Below are positions 35,193 through 49,046 of a DNA stretch of 64,000 nucleotides, in pieces (the stretch's first letter is position 1; every line of letters starts with the position of its first letter). The stretch is taken from NCBI GenBank assembly GCA_038087875.1, contig CM075990.1:15192001-15256000 (forward strand). Reading direction: 5' to 3'. The notes beneath the pieces were generated by a model. It was not told where the DNA came from, made no database searches, and saw only the letters and a list, made by a program, of their open reading frames with translations. The position numbers and the translations under genes are program-made. This stretch comes from Malacoraja senta. Taxonomy: Eukaryota.

Positions 35193-38100
35193 TGATACTA
35201 ACAATGATGCATTCAGTCTCTAGTCCACATGGAAAGAAAAGGAACAACAGAGCTTCTCTGTTCGGAATGAGAAAGTTGATGAGAATTTCCACCATGAAGA
35301 TAGCCATTTGGTCTTCTCTACTGAACATATGTGTGCCAGGCAAGTAAGGAACAGGTTTGGATTTTGAGCTATTGGCTCCAAGGGTGAATTAGCCTGCTGA
35401 CATTTTCTGGGGTTCATATATTTTGGGAAGGATAAAGTCTAATTGGCACACTGCTATTCAGTAAAGTAATCAGAAAAACAACAAATGAACAGTGAAGGGA
35501 AAATTAATACCACTTTTTGTCTATTCCGATAATGGGCAGATAATTTTCAGCTCCTTTACCGTAAAAAAAAAGCTGACTCTTCCATTATTGGTAATTCCTC
35601 AAACAAATCATCTTGTCAGTACAAGCAAAATATACCATTTGTTTCTTCAGAGTACAATGTAAACTCACCATGCACCATGTAGGTGAGAACAAGAGGGATT
35701 TAATCTTTAAGTAGAAATAAATAGGTTTGAATTTGCAGAATGACCCTATTTGTTTCATATAAATAGAGATTTTCTTCTTTCAAGAGATATCTGAACTGCA
35801 GCAGATCAACTTTACAAGTCCTTTGGTGGATTTGATGGGTGATTTTATTCCCCGGATTTTATGCCATGAAATCATTTTGGGCTTGTGAGACACTTGGGTT
35901 TCCTTCTGTATCTCATTTTGGCAGTGATTCAGAAATCAAACTGCTGGAGGTACTCGGCAGGTCATGCAGTATCTACAGGGTGCATTGGGTGAGGAATTCT
36001 TCAAGTTTCAGGTTGCACAACCACAGAGCAGTGCTCAACTACTATCTATCTCTTTGGTGACCCTCGGACTATCCTTGATCGGACTTTGCTGGCTTTACCT
36101 TGCACTAAACGTTATTCCCTTACCATGTATCTATACACAGTAAATGGCTCGATGGTAATCCAGTCTTTCTGCTGACTGGATAGCACACAACAAACAGTTT
36201 TCACTGTACCTTGGTACACGTGGCAAGAAACTGAACTGAACTGAGACCCTGCAACAGGATAAATGCTGCTCAACCTTCTGAGTTCCTCCAACTGTTGGTT
36301 TATTGCTCCATATTCCGGCCCCTCCATATACACAAGCCCCTTGTGGCTTCTTAGCACTGGTTCGAGTACACTGATGTCTGTGGAAGGACAGCAACTCAAC
36401 TGCTGCGCTTTCTTGAATGGTCTTGAAGATGATGTTTTAGCTGAGATTAAGGGAGAAATAGGTCACCTTCCATGTCATCATTGCCAAAATTGGAGATTTT
36501 ATGGACATCACATGCAACATTGTTTCCTGAAGCCAAAACTTGCATGATATCTGTTCAGGATGACAATTGTTTTCCATCTAAATATTTCCCAAAGGAACAT
36601 AAGTCATGAAGTGACCTTTCAGATTTCCTGATTTTCTTTACTACTTTCAATAAACTGTTCTGGATTCCAATTCCATTTCAATAGGTTCATTGTGCATCAG
36701 GTATAATTAGACACTCAAAGCCTTAGATTACATATCGGAAACTGGAATTTCCTTTTTCTTCGATGAAATATTTCTAGCCAAATGCCTTGCTTCAGACCAA
36801 TTCTTGTGGCGAGTTGAGTTGATTCTGCAATCATTAGTGAACCGTACAATTGTGGCTTTGAGAATGAAGTTCAAGGGACAATTGCTGATCTTTTCCTTAT
36901 TTGAAAAGATCATTACTGAGAACACAGGTAATGTTGCATCACTATATTTTTCATTCGTATTGTTTGGCATTGGCTTATTACTGTCATGTGTACTGAGGTA
37001 AAGTGAAAATCTTTGTTTGCATGCTGTCCAGTCAAACCATCACTATAATCAACCCATAACAAGTACATTAGGTGATTGAAAGAGTAAAATACCCAAGAGT
37101 GAAGAATATAGTGTTGTAGATACAGAGAATGTGCAGTTAAAATAAAAGTGCAAGGACCACAATGAGGTAGGTTGGAAGATCAGGAATACACCCTTCGCTT
37201 ATGAAAGCCAGTAGTTTAGTAGTCCAGTTCAGTAGTCATATACCAGCATGGGGAAATTGTTTCTGTATCTGGTAGCACATACTTTTTGTATCTTCTGCCT
37301 GACACGAGGAGGAGAAGAGCGAATGACAGGGTGTAAATGGTCCCTGATTATCACCTGTCATTTTGTACGCCCAAGAGGTAATTTAATTTGGGTTCTGCTT
37401 TTAGTCAACCTGGGTTTACGACACTATCGGGGAAGCCTGGAAAATCCCTCCACTGTGCCATTATAAGTTCATAAGTGATAGAAACAGAATTAGGCCATTA
37501 AGTCTACTCCGCCATTCAATCATGGCTGATCTATCTTTCCCTCTCAACCCCATTCTCCTGCCTTCTCCCCATAACCCTTAACACCCACACTAATCAAGAA
37601 TCTATTAATCTCTGCCTTAAAAGTATCCATTGACCTGGCCTCCACAGCCTTCTGTGGCAATCAATTCCACAGATTCACCGCCATGTGCTGGTAAAATACA
37701 TTGCGATGCCAGCCAAAAAGGTTTAAACATTTTCCACATTTTCCAATGATAAACACCTTCCAAAGAACTCTAGCAGCTTTGTCTGGGGCTGTGATGGTTT
37801 ATTTTTGACAGGAGATATATCAGTTATGATTTCAGCCATGCAACCATTTCCTCTTTGCGTGAATTATTATTTTTTTTCAAAGCCCTTTGATGTTATATTT
37901 AGTTAGATGTTGCCCTGATGTCAAACATGTTCTTTCCCGTCTTTTCTGGCTTCACGATGATCACAGAGTGAATGATTTCCCCAGCTATGAGATAAGATAT
38001 TGTGCTGTCCCTGAAACCCTGTCATTTAAGCCGCCGGTTTGATCCTTAATTAATCCGGATCTGACTGTTACAATTCACAATGAAGGATGTCAACACCATA

Positions 38101-38659
38101 GAGGTTTAATAAGTGTTTTTAGTTTGCATTATATTTACTGTTAACATATGTTTGTAAAGGTATACAGTGCAGTGTATTTCTAGTTATAGATGCGATTATG
38201 TTAGGTAACAGTCATAATACAAGATGTGGTATGGGATTGCTGTGGAGTTTATCTGGAGAAATGATTCATTGGAATCACGGATGCTTGGGCTGGATGAGAC
38301 ATTAAACATCTCCCATGATTGAAGAGTTACGTTGTCGAAATACTAAGAGATTAAATAAACGAGTGTTTTGTTAAACTTAGAATTTTATATCTGCTAGTAA
38401 TTAATTATGTAATTTTGTATATCTGAAGACGCACAGCTTTGTAGGTTCATATCCTTTTGTAAATTCTCCCTGGATTGTGGGATAGAACCATTATACAGGT
38501 GATCGTTGGTCGGAATGGACTCGGTGGGCCGAAGGGTTCTGTTCTCATGCTGTATGTCTAAACCTACAGTATTTGTACTGAAGGTAGACACAAAATGCTG
38601 GAGTAACTCAGCGGGACAGGCAGCATCTCTGGAGAGAAGGAATGGGTGACGTTTTGGGT

Positions 38660-38830
38660 CCATATTTGTACTGCTTAGGATCATTTGAATTGAATGCTGC
38701 AGACTTGGACTCCAACTGGGAGTGGACCTCATGGTTCATCCATGGTTTCCAGTTGGGGAATATTCGTCTCATCTTCTTTGGTACACAGTCCTCTGCACAC
38801 TTGCTGATGAAATCTGTGACACCAGTGACA
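38660..38830 (-). mobile_element. Rex1/Babar LINE internal fragment
   Basis: VTDFISKCAEDCVPKKMRRIFPNWKPWMNHEVHSQLESKSAAF, the region between endonuclease and RT. Confidence 0.7.
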
Positions 38831-39003
38831 TACACGATACGATACGATAAAAGTCCATTCATCCCCGGACGGAAATTGGTCTGCCGACATTCACAACACA
38901 CAAGGTGCACAAAAACGTGAAATTAAAAGTGAAAGCTAAAAGAAAAAAACAAACGACTGTTGGCTGGCTGCTGTGTGCACAGCGCCTTCAAGAGGTGAGC
39001 AGC

Positions 39004-39039
39004 TCCTTCGAGCAGGAATTGAACCAGCGACCTAAGGAT
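39004..39039 (-). pseudogene. tRNA-Tyr 3' exon fragment (5' half absent, no CCA)
   Basis: ATCCTTAGGTCGCTGGTTCAATTCCTGCTCGAAGGA matches the vertebrate tRNA-Tyr(GUA) 3' exon as I recall it at about 34 of 36 positions. Confidence 0.8.
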
Positions 39040-39044
39040 ATATT

Positions 39045-39385
39045 CATAGTCATGCAGTGTAGAAACAGGCTCTTCAACCCACTTGCCCATGCCGACCCCC
39101 ATGCCCCATCTACCTTAGTCCCAACGGCCTGCGTTTGGCCCAAATCCCTCTAAACCTTTACACTCCAAATGTTTTTTAAACATTGTAATAATACCTGCCT
39201 CAAATACATCTTTCCACAGCTCATTCCATATACCTTCACCCTTTGTCCAGTAAAGTTGCCCCTCAGGTTCCTATTAAATCTTTCCCCCCTCGCCTTAAAC
39301 CTATGACCTCTGGTTCTTGATTCCCCTGCTCTAGGTAAAGGAGTCCGTGCATTCTCACTATCTATCCCTCTCACGATCTTATACA
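39045..39385 (-). mobile_element. CR1-type LINE 3' end, third subfamily
   Basis: MRGID...PRAGESRTRGHRFKARGERFNRNLRGNF. Confidence 0.8.
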
Positions 39386-39414
39386 GTTATTCATCTTATT
39401 CATCTAGTTTAGAA

Positions 39415-39599
39415 ATTGGACTGATCAGTTGATCTTGCATTAGAACCAGTCATTGGACTGATCCGTTGATCTTGCATTAGAACCAGTCATTGGACTGATC
39501 CGTTGATCTTGCATTAGGACCAGTCATTGGACTGATCCGTTGATCTTGCATTAGGACCAGTCATTGGACTGATCCGTTGATCTTGCATTAGGACCAGTC
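39415..39599. repeat. Minisatellite, 5 x 37 bp
   Basis: Unit ATTGGACTGATCMGTTGATCTTGCATTAGRACCAGTC, head-to-tail with no spacers. Confidence 0.95.
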
Positions 39600-42500
39600 G
39601 TGGTCCTATTTAATAATGGTGTATGTTTGTGGGACTGAATACTCAAGTCCTGCAACTGATTTGTGTGTTCGTTGATGACTCCCTACACTCACTGCGACTG
39701 CTCTATGTCATTGCTACTGCGTAAACTATGATCCGTAGTGACTCCTTATTTCTTTCTTTGTGACTACTGATAGGACTTTGCTAACCTGCATATTCAAGTC
39801 CAGTTCTAACGTGAATTAAATCCGAGGATCTCGGTGTTGGCCCAGGGGGGGGGGGGGGGGATTGTCTTCCACATCTGGATAGAAGAGTGAAGCATAGATC
39901 CAGATAACCAGGTCCACCACATGAGACATGGCTGACAACGTTGAGGATTTTGGGGTTTTGTTTTCAGCAGAGTCGAGCCCCAGTGGGATAAGAGCACCCG
40001 CACATTAAAGAAGCAAAGTTTGGACTGGACTCGGACACATTAGCTTTCTCATCCTTTTGCCAGGAACCTAAAAGCTAAAACATTGAGTCCGTCGCAATGC
40101 ATTTAATCTCAACAGCACATTTGTCCAGCTGTGGAGGGTAGTAAGCTGACTGACTTAATAGAAGATCTCCACCACAATTTAAAAAAATATATATACTTTT
40201 ATCTTCATCCAGGAAAAACATGGCTCGAACTCTGCAGCCTCTGAAAAGAGGAAACACTCATTGCATGACATGTGGGAGAGAAGGCGAAGATGACAACTAA
40301 AGTAGATGTAGATTTCGATTGTACAAAAGTTTGTCGAAATCTATTGATGCACACTTAAAGAAAAAGTTTATGACAATTCATTCTGTGCCTGCACATACAG
40401 ATGGTGTGTTTATACATCCAGACCTCTTCCAGCTTGGCTTGCACTTACTGTTCACGTGGTGCGTCCTGTGAACACTAAATGTAATTTATTACCACTCTGC
40501 ATACCATAATGGAAGCAAGATGAACCTTTAACAATGTGCACATTGTATCATTCTTGCTTCTAGGGGAATAGATTGCAATGTGCTGAGCTTGATGCTGTCA
40601 TGTATTCCAGAGGAAGCCTCTGGCCAAGCTTGGATGGATGCCACCTCGATGTACTGATGCATAACATACTGTAACACATTAGGAACCTCCCTGCCAGCCA
40701 ACTGCAGCCTTGTACACTGACTTGCGGTGAGAACGTATTTTCAGGTGCATGAAGGTCAAATATCTGATGTGTGAGGAAAGATGTCACATTTGTTTAGACA
40801 TAGGAGGCTCTTAGAGACGTAACCTGCATTAAAATCCGCACTTTAGTAAACTTGTGGAAGTAATATAGGGTGGTACGGATTTGCTTTGATTTGATTCATG
40901 ATGAGGACTTGACCACTTCCACGGCTACTGGAATAGGCTGGGCAATGACTGGAGAGAGCTGTCATGGACTCAATGGGCTGAATGGCCTCCTTCAGTGCAG
41001 GATGACTGTGTGATTTAATTACGGAACCTTCATTTCCCCAACATCAACAATTTGAGGCAGATAAGTGTGTGTGTTTATCCCCCCTAAAAATTAGATTAAA
41101 ACTTGGAGGCTATCAACCAATTAATAACATAATTGAGTAAAAGCAGTGATATAAACAGCAAAATGCTGGAAAAACTCAGCATGTCAGGCAGCATCTGTGG
41201 AAAGTGAAACAGTTCCGAGGTTTATTACTTTTGTTAAGTGTAACAGGGCGGAACAGTGGCGCAGCAGTAGAGTTGCTACCTAACAGTGACAGACACCCGG
41301 GTTCGAAAAGCGAAACTGTCAACGTTTCAACTCTGCACCCCTGCACCATAAACCATCTCATTGCAAAAGTTACCTCTTCATTTTTGACATGGACTGGTAT
41401 TCCTAGCTGGAAGTCTTTGCTGACATCATTGGGATTTTACAACAAATAATCCAAAGGCAGCGGCAGGTTGATGATCACCTTCTGTGATTGACACCAGCCG
41501 GAGGTCAGGAAATTGGTGGACCAATGTGAAAAGGACAACTCTACAATATACAAAGTGCCTGAGGAAGTCAGCAGGTCAGGTAGCATATGCGGAGGGAATG
41601 AACAAGCACCGTTTCCAGTTGGGACCCTTCTGACTTCAGTCTGAAGAAGGATCCCATTCCAAAGTGTTGTCTATCAATTCCCTCCACAGATGGTGCCTGA
41701 ACTATTGAGTTCCTCCAGCACTGTGTGATTTGCTCGAGATTCCATCATCCGTGGTTCCGTATGTCTCAACGAGACAATGCCCTGCTTTTAAAGTGGTGGT
41801 CAACCATGTACTGATTCAGTACACTATGTGGGAGAGACATGTTCTCTTATTTTCACCCTACAAACAGCTAACAATGGCCTGTTTCCTTTATCATCGTTAC
41901 TTTTTTGCATATCATTCATTCATGGTTCTTTATCTCTCCACATCTCCGTCTACATCTCCTGTTTCCCTTATCCCTAACCAGTCTCAAGAAGGGTGTCAAC
42001 CCGAAACGTCACCCGTTCCTTCTCTCCAGAGATGCTGCCTGGCCCGCTGAGTTACTCCAGCTTTTTGTGTCTATCTTCTGTTCAAATCCTGAATCTACTT
42101 AGCGCTGATCGTGACTCACCTGTTGGACATTGCTGGCTTTTTCCATTTCTTACCAACTTTAAGTCCATATAAGTGACCAAGCAGGAAACAAATCTTGGAC
42201 AAGAATTTTCCCTCCCATGCTGAAATTGCAGCTTTATTCAGGAACATGCATGCTGGTAAAGAGCTCAACTTATAAAGCCTCAGGCTTCCTCAAAGGTCTT
42301 TGCATCCAATTAGTCATCTATAGGGACACAAGAGAAATTCAGCTGCAAACTCAGTGGGCCAAGCAGCATCTGTGGAGGGAAAAGGATGGTCCACGCTTCA
42401 TGTCAAGAGCCTGCAAGAGTCTGCAAAATAACTGTGAGTAGAATAGAGAGGGGGGTAAGGTAAGAGTTTTTTTAATGTGAGGACTTTGTTGTGGGAACGT

Positions 42501-42629
42501 GATATAATTATCCCTCCTGTGCCATGGCAGTAGTGAGTCGGGGCAAGCTGTGGAACTATCAGAGTGCAGTATTATTGAAACAAGGAACTGCAGATGCTGG
42601 TTTACAAAACAAAGGCACAAAAGACACAG

Positions 42630-42947
42630 GGTGGCATGGTGGCGCAGCGGTAGAGTTGTTGCCTTACAGCACCAGAGACCCAGGTTTGATCCTGACTACG
42701 GGTGCTTGTCTTTACGAAGTTTGTACGTTCTCTGTGTGGGTTTTTCTCCGGGATCTCTGGTTTCCTCCCACATTCCAAAGACGTACAGGTTTGTAGGTTA
42801 ATTGGCTTGGTATAATTGTAAATTTGTCCCTAGTGTGTGTAGGATAGTGTTAATGTCTGGGGATTGCTGGTCGGCGTACACTCGGTGGGGCGATGGGCCT
42901 GTTCCCGCACTGTATCTCTAAACTAAACTAAACTAAACTAAACTAAA
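42630..42947 (+). mobile_element. V-type SINE nested in a Penelope terminal repeat
   Basis: Full head-to-tail copy with a (CTAAA)n tail. The host repeat begins about 42578 and resumes at 42948 into an inverted pair ending about 43110. Confidence 0.88.
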
Positions 42948-43674
42948 GTGCCGGAGTAACTCTGCGGGTCAGGCAGCATACCCGGAGAACATGGCTAGGT
43001 GATGTTTCAGGTTGGAACCCTTCTTCATCAGTCTGATGGAGGCTCCCGACACAAAATGTCACCTATCCATGTTCTCCAGAACTGCTGCCTGACTCACTGA
43101 GTTACTCCAGTCTTTTAAAGAGTGGAGTATCATCCTCATCTGGAATTCACAATGACTTTCTACAGCGAGACGTAACAGACAGGAGTGGGAGTGTTCTGTT
43201 CTCTTTCCAGTGCCTAAACCCAGGGTTGGACCTAATTGTAACTTGAGTTCGGCCAGAACGTTGTTTTTACCACTTTTTGGGGGATGATTTTCAAAGATGA
43301 AAAGTCAGCTCTCTCAATGGACGGTCAACAGTTTTTTTGCAAGGAGCTGAGAAATTGTTCAAATAGGCAACAATGTTCAAAGGAAATAAAAACTTTTTTT
43401 CTTTAATACACTTGTGATTTTCTGCCAGGTTGAGTGTTGCAATTTCTCTGAGATCAATGGAGCAGTTGCTTAACAGTAGTTGATTGGAAGCAAGAGATCA
43501 TAAGGCCAGATCTTCAGACGTGGATTGAACTAGAGTCAGCAATCCTATTTTCGGCTGTAGTTGGGGGAAATGGAGGAAGGTATGGATTCGATGATGCCAG
43601 CCTTTTTGATGGTATGAAATACAACACCCCCCCCCCCCCCATGTTCCAAACTCCCGACTTATGGACACCTCTAT

Positions 43675-44180
43675 GTTTAGTTTAGTTTATTGTCACGTGT
43701 ACAGTGAAAAGCTTTTGTTGCGTGCAAACCAGTCGGCTGAAAGACAATACATGATTACGGTTGGGCCATCCACAGTGTAAAGATACAGGATAAAGGGAAT
43801 AACATTTAATGCAAGATAAAGTCCAGTAAAGTCCAATCAAAGATGGGTCCGAGGGTCTCCAGTGAGATAGATAGTAGTTCAGGACTGCTCTCTAGTTGTG
43901 ATAGGATGGTTCAGTTGCCTGATAACCGCTGGGAAGAAATTGTCCCTAAATCTGGAGGTGTGTGTTTTCACACTTCTGTACCTTTTGCCTAATGGGAGAG
44001 GGGAGAAGAGGGAGTGGCTGGGGCGCGACTTGTTCCTGATTATGCTGGTGGTCTTGCCGAGGCAGCGTGAGCTGTAAATGGAGTCCATGGAAGGGAGGTT
44101 GGTTTGTGTGATGGTCTGGGCTGCGTCCACTTTTCTCTGCAATTTCTTGCGGTCTTGGATGGAGTTGTTCCCAACCTGAA
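43675..44180 (-). mobile_element. Rex1/Babar-type LINE 3' end
   Basis: ORF 43879-44199: QDRKKLQRKVDAAQTITQTNLPSMDSIYSSRCLGK...LPLGKRYRSVKTHTSRFRDNFFPAVIRQLN; (CTAAA)n tail. Related pieces near 36020-36245 (+) and 57908-58172 (-). Confidence 0.88.
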
Positions 44181-44267
44181 CAATGTGAATGAGCCCCAAC
44201 CATCAGGGGTGTGTAGCATGAACAGAGCAGGGAGCACAGAGTTGTTTACTCAGAGTGAGTTAGACCA

Positions 44268-44690
44268 GTGTGTCGGAAGGAACTGCAGATGCTGGTTTAA
44301 ACCGAAGATAGACACAAAATGCTGGAGTAACTCAGCGGGACAGGCAGCATCTCTGGAGAGAAGGAATGGGTGACATTTCGGTTTGAGACCCTTCTTCAGA
44401 CTGAGAGTCGGGGGAAAGGGGAAAAAGAGGTAGATATGGTGTGAGCAGAGGGGGCGCAGTGAGATCTTGGACGATTAAAGAATGGTTTGTGGGGAAGGAG
44501 AGCGGGAGGGTTTTGTAGTTAGCTTAATTTAGAGAAATCAATGTTTCTATCATTGGTTTGTATGCTACCCAAGCAGAATATGAGGTGGTGTTCCTCAAGT
44601 TTGCCTCATTCGGGCAATTGCGGTGGCCCAGGAGAGAAAGGTCACCATGGGAATAGGAAGAGGAGTTAAAATGGTTAGCAACAGCCACAA
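44268..44690 (-). mobile_element. Penelope-like 3' region with GIY-YIG C-terminal remnant
   Basis: VANHFNSSSYSHGDLSLLG... followed by a terminal repeat at 44268-44410. Confidence 0.75.
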
Positions 44691-44775
44691 TTGGCTTAAT
44701 TTCTGATAGTTTGATGACTTTATCCAGTGTAATTATGGGTGGAGATGCCAAGAAAGGACAACTTTTAATTTCCAG

Positions 44776-45195
44776 TTTTAGACTTTAGAGATACAGCATG
44801 GAAACAGCCCCTTCAGCCCACCGAGTCCATGCCAACCAGTGATCACCCCGTACACTAGCACTATTCTATACACTAGGCATGATTTATAATTTACAGAAGC
44901 CAATTAACCTACAAACCTGAGATAGACATAAAATGCTGGAGTAACTCAGCGGGACAGGCAGCATCTCTGGAGAGAAGGAATGGGTGACGTTTCGGGTCAA
45001 GACCCTTCTTCCTTCCTACACAACCCATTCAAACCTGTACGTCATTGGAGTGTGGGAGGAAACCAGGGCACCTGGAGAAAACCCACGTGGTCACAGGGAG
45101 AACGTATAATCTCTGTACAGATAGCACCCGTAGTCAGGATCGAACCCAGGACTCTGGCGCGTAAGGCAGCAACTCTACTGCTATGCAACTGTGCT
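44776..45195 (-). mobile_element. V-type SINE with a Penelope terminal repeat inserted (about 44920-45020)
   Basis: The SINE is split near CAAACCTG, which appears on both sides of the insert. Confidence 0.8.
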
Positions 45196-47075
45196 GCTCT
45201 ACACTGTGCCAAGTTCTTGTACTTGATTAAAGCGCAACTGTTCATATCTTCTAGCACCAGCTGAACAGTCTTTGACCTGTTTAATTCTGTTCATGCTGAT
45301 CGTTTCCCCATGGATGCTGCCCGGATTGCAGAGTATTTTTGCAGAATTTTATTTCAGTCTTGCAGTACTTTCGCTTTCTTGTTAGCTGAATAAGGGCAAT
45401 TTTCAGCATTAAAGGAGATGTATTGTTGACTGTCGGTGATTTCATATGTTCGTAAGTGGCAGGAACAGAATTAGTCCATTTGGCCCATCAAGGCTGCTCC
45501 GCCATTGCTGATCGATCTCTCCCTCCTAACCCCATTCTCCTGCCTTCGCCCCAGAACCCCTGACACCTATACTAATCATGAATCTATCTATCTCTGCCTT
45601 AAAAAATATCCATTGACTGGCCTCCACAGCCTTCTGTGTCAATGAATTCCACAGATTCACCACCCTCGGACTAAAGAACTGACTATTTCCCTTTGATTTG
45701 GCTCTGGTTTACAAACTGGAACGCTCGTATTGCAGTGCAGTTCGCCCAGACTGTCATGGCCCTTTAACTCATTACCCAATGTTGTAAATGAATTGATGCA
45801 TGAAACTGTTTTCACTCAATGTGACATCGACAGATTTCATTTGTACTTACAATGTATGATAAAAAACCCTCCCAAATTCCAAGAAAATGTCAACCAACAG
45901 AATAGACATGTTTCTAAATACATGCAAGGCTGCTACCGCACACAGCTTAGGCACAGCAATCATTAAAAAGGTCATTGTGTTAAGTTTCTGGACAGTTTCA
46001 CATAAGTGAAGAGTAATATCAGGGAGTTGGTGCCTGATAGTCTGTAAACGACAGTGTTTACAAAGAAATAAATAGCAGACTCCAAATGATTGGGAGGGGT
46101 TGCCTGAAGCACATTTTACAGCCCTGTTACTGCTGCTTTACAAGTTTCACAGCTGTTGTTGCCTTTGTGCTGGTGTGTAGGCAAAAAATAAATAAGATGT
46201 TTATTTTGATGGAAGTATATAGAAGTGACCTCAAATGCTGAGTTTAATGTCTTTCTTCTCTAATCTTGAGTTGTGATCTGCCTTTGACATATAACTGAGT
46301 ATTTTTTTGGTTGGTTCTAAAAGAAAGCTGGCTTTAAAACTACTAAGCAGAACCAGTAGCCTCAGTGAGTTTAAAGCTTCTTAATGAAAACAGACGACAT
46401 TGGTGGCAACTTTATTCCGTTTTCTTCATATCCTAATCCAATATTTCCAATTAACGGGCTGTTAATTGTTCTCTTTCACCAACTGATGCAATAAATTCTT
46501 CACTAGATTTCTTTATTCCTGACTCTTATTTCATGTCAAGCCACATAATATTCTGGTGTATTGTATTTATGAGAACTTTTTGTCCTTGACCTATACAACT
46601 AATAGTGACTGAAGAATAACCCACTTGTATCAGCTACAGTCAGAAATACCTGCTTTGATAAATTCTCCTACGCTTGGGTTGTCCAAGAGTAGAAGAACTA
46701 AGTCAAAGCTGCACATTTCTTAGTTGTCCCTCCTTTCTCCATTCCCTCAGTACATTGAGTTCAGTTTTGCTTCATCAGAGATGGAATCAATGCTTAGGCA
46801 CCTCAGCATTAGGTTCTTCTCCGTCTTGGCCCAATCTCAATGCTTGTCCTGTATTTTGGATCTGAAACTCTGACTAATACCATTGAAGAATTTGCGTTAA
46901 ATCAGATCTATTGCCATTCCTATTCCCACTAAACATTCAATACCAGCATACCAACCTTATGCGCATTACTATCTACAACGTGCATTAAAGCTACACACCA
47001 AGGTATAGGAAGGATGGTGACTCAGATCAGAATGAAATTACTCATTATATTATATTAATGATGATTAAAATGTTA

Positions 47076-47363
47076 ACATAGAAACATAGAAACATAGAAA
47101 ATAGGTGCAGGAGGAGGCCATTCGGCGCTTTGAGCCAGCACCACCATTCATTGTGATCATGGCTGATCGTCCCCTATCAATAACCCTTGCCTGCCTTCTC
47201 CCCATATCCCTTGACTCCACTAGCCCCTAGAGCTCTATCTAACTCTCTCTTAAATCCATCCAGTGATTTGGCCTCCACTGCCCTCTGTGGCAGGGAATTC
47301 CATAAATTCACAACTCTCTGGGTGAAAACGTTTTTTTCTCACCTCAGTCTTAAATGACCTCCC
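47076..47363 (-). mobile_element. CR1/HER1-type LINE 3' end
   Basis: Same subfamily as 32285-32593. Confidence 0.9.
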
Positions 47364-48161
47364 CACCATTGTGCCCACCATGAACCTTTCTGATTTTCTG
47401 ATTATTATTACTTCCAAACACCATTCACTCTTCATTGGCTCTGGGGTTCTGGTCTGAAGAAGGGTCCTGACCAGATTGGGCACCTATCCATGTCTGCCAG
47501 AGACGCTGCCCCCAAAACATTATTTCACAAGATTCCAGCATCTGTAGTTCCTTGTGTCTCAGTTTTGGTGCCGGTAATCCCAGTATATAAACACAAGTCT
47601 CTTTCATCTCAGACTTTAGATCGCCATCAGAGATTCTCATGGCTCCAACCTTGATAGTCCTTTGCTTTCATTGACCCATTGTCCTTGCTTTCATTTACTC
47701 ATTGTCTGCAATTATCCAGCCATGTGAGGTTGTTGCTCTGTGTTTTTTTTAAATGCCCTCCTTCATCTCCGACCATGAGTGCAAAAACTTTACTACCTAC
47801 TTTTGTTAACCCCTGGATGTTGTAACCCATTACTAATAACCTTCACTGTCAAGCAATCATTTTGCCTACTTTCACAGTTTTATTCTGACCATATTTTATG
47901 AACTTTTTAAAATGTATTATATTGTTAGAAGAGTACTATGTTTACATATTCTGTTTTGCTGCTGCAAGTAAGAATTTCATTGTTCATTTTGGGTTATGTG
48001 GCAATAAAACACTCTGAAGAAGGGTCTCGACCCAAAATGTCACCTATTCATTTTCTCCAGAGATGCTGTCTGACCCGTTGTGTTACTCCAGCGTTTTGTG
48101 TCTATTTTCGATTTAAACCAGCGTCTGTGGTTCCTTCCTGCACTCATGACTCTAGACAGTA

Positions 48162-48358
48162 AAGAGTTGTCCCACTTGGAACATTTCAAAATCCAGCGGC
48201 GACAAAAAAATGTTGCGACACTTGAGGAAACACCACGCGTCATCACGTCGCGTCACCGCCACAAAACGCTGCATCACGCAGTGATGTTTTCGGTGACCTG
48301 ATACCTCAGTCAATGATGCCGGCAGTCGCCGAAAAAATCGCCAAGTGGGACAGGCCCT
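48162..48358. mobile_element. PIF/Harbinger-type MITE, internally deleted relative of 56426-56893
   Basis: TGTCCCACTTGG...CCAAGTGGGACAGGCCCT termini with TWA flanks; interior shared with the 56426 copy. Confidence 0.75.
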
Positions 48359-49046
48359 TTAGAATAACTGTTAAACATCCAGCTAATCAGAAAGGTTTTG
48401 ATTTAAATTTCAACATTTATAATGCTTCCTAAGCTAATCAATATGTACTGCTTTGTCTCTTAAAACATGAAGTGTATTGGCAAAAGTTATAAACTGCAGA
48501 GCAACCAGAACTGTACACCATACTCCAAATGTGCCACAGCCAACATCTGTACAGCTGTAACATTACGTCCTAACTCCTGGCCTCAGTAACCTGTCTGATT
48601 TAAAACATTTGTGCTAAATGCCTTCTTCGCTATCCTGCCACTTTCACGTAACTATGTACTTGAACAACTTGATCTCTCTGTCCTACAACTTTCACTAGGA
48701 ACCAAATGTTAACTGTGTAATCCTTGCCCTGGTTTGACAATAGACAAAAGTTTGTCCTGGTAAAATGCAACATGTTACATTTATCTGAATTCCATCTGCC
48801 ATTCGAATGAGTGAATGAATGAATTCTTTATTGTCACATATTGACCCAAGGTATGCAAAGAGTTGCCACATAAAGGGCGCCGACAAAGTTACAAAGTATC
48901 CCGCGCCAGGTCCTCCTTTGTTCTTCTCCCCACCCCCTCCGTCCCCCCATGCCGGCTCCTCCTTTGTTCTCTGTCCCCCTCCCTTATGGTGGTTCCTCCA
49001 CGCCGAGTCCTCTTTTGTTCTTCTTTACCCTATTGGCCCCGGTTGA

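Noticed and set aside
35224..35343. Open frame ending at a GTAAGG donor-like site
   Set aside because: Weak acceptor and no recognisable homology.
39415..39599. 37-bp repeats as a CRISPR array
   Set aside because: Units are head-to-tail with no unique spacers, there are no cas genes, and the context is vertebrate.
39845..39860. Poly-G/C tracts (also near 4533, 31413, 43627) and short tandem duplications (54464-54513, 23795-23836)
   Set aside because: Ordinary slippage products with no sign of function.
40512..40560. Hairpin with a 16-bp central palindrome as a pre-miRNA
   Set aside because: Only about 50 nt with a large asymmetric bulge; no supporting evidence.
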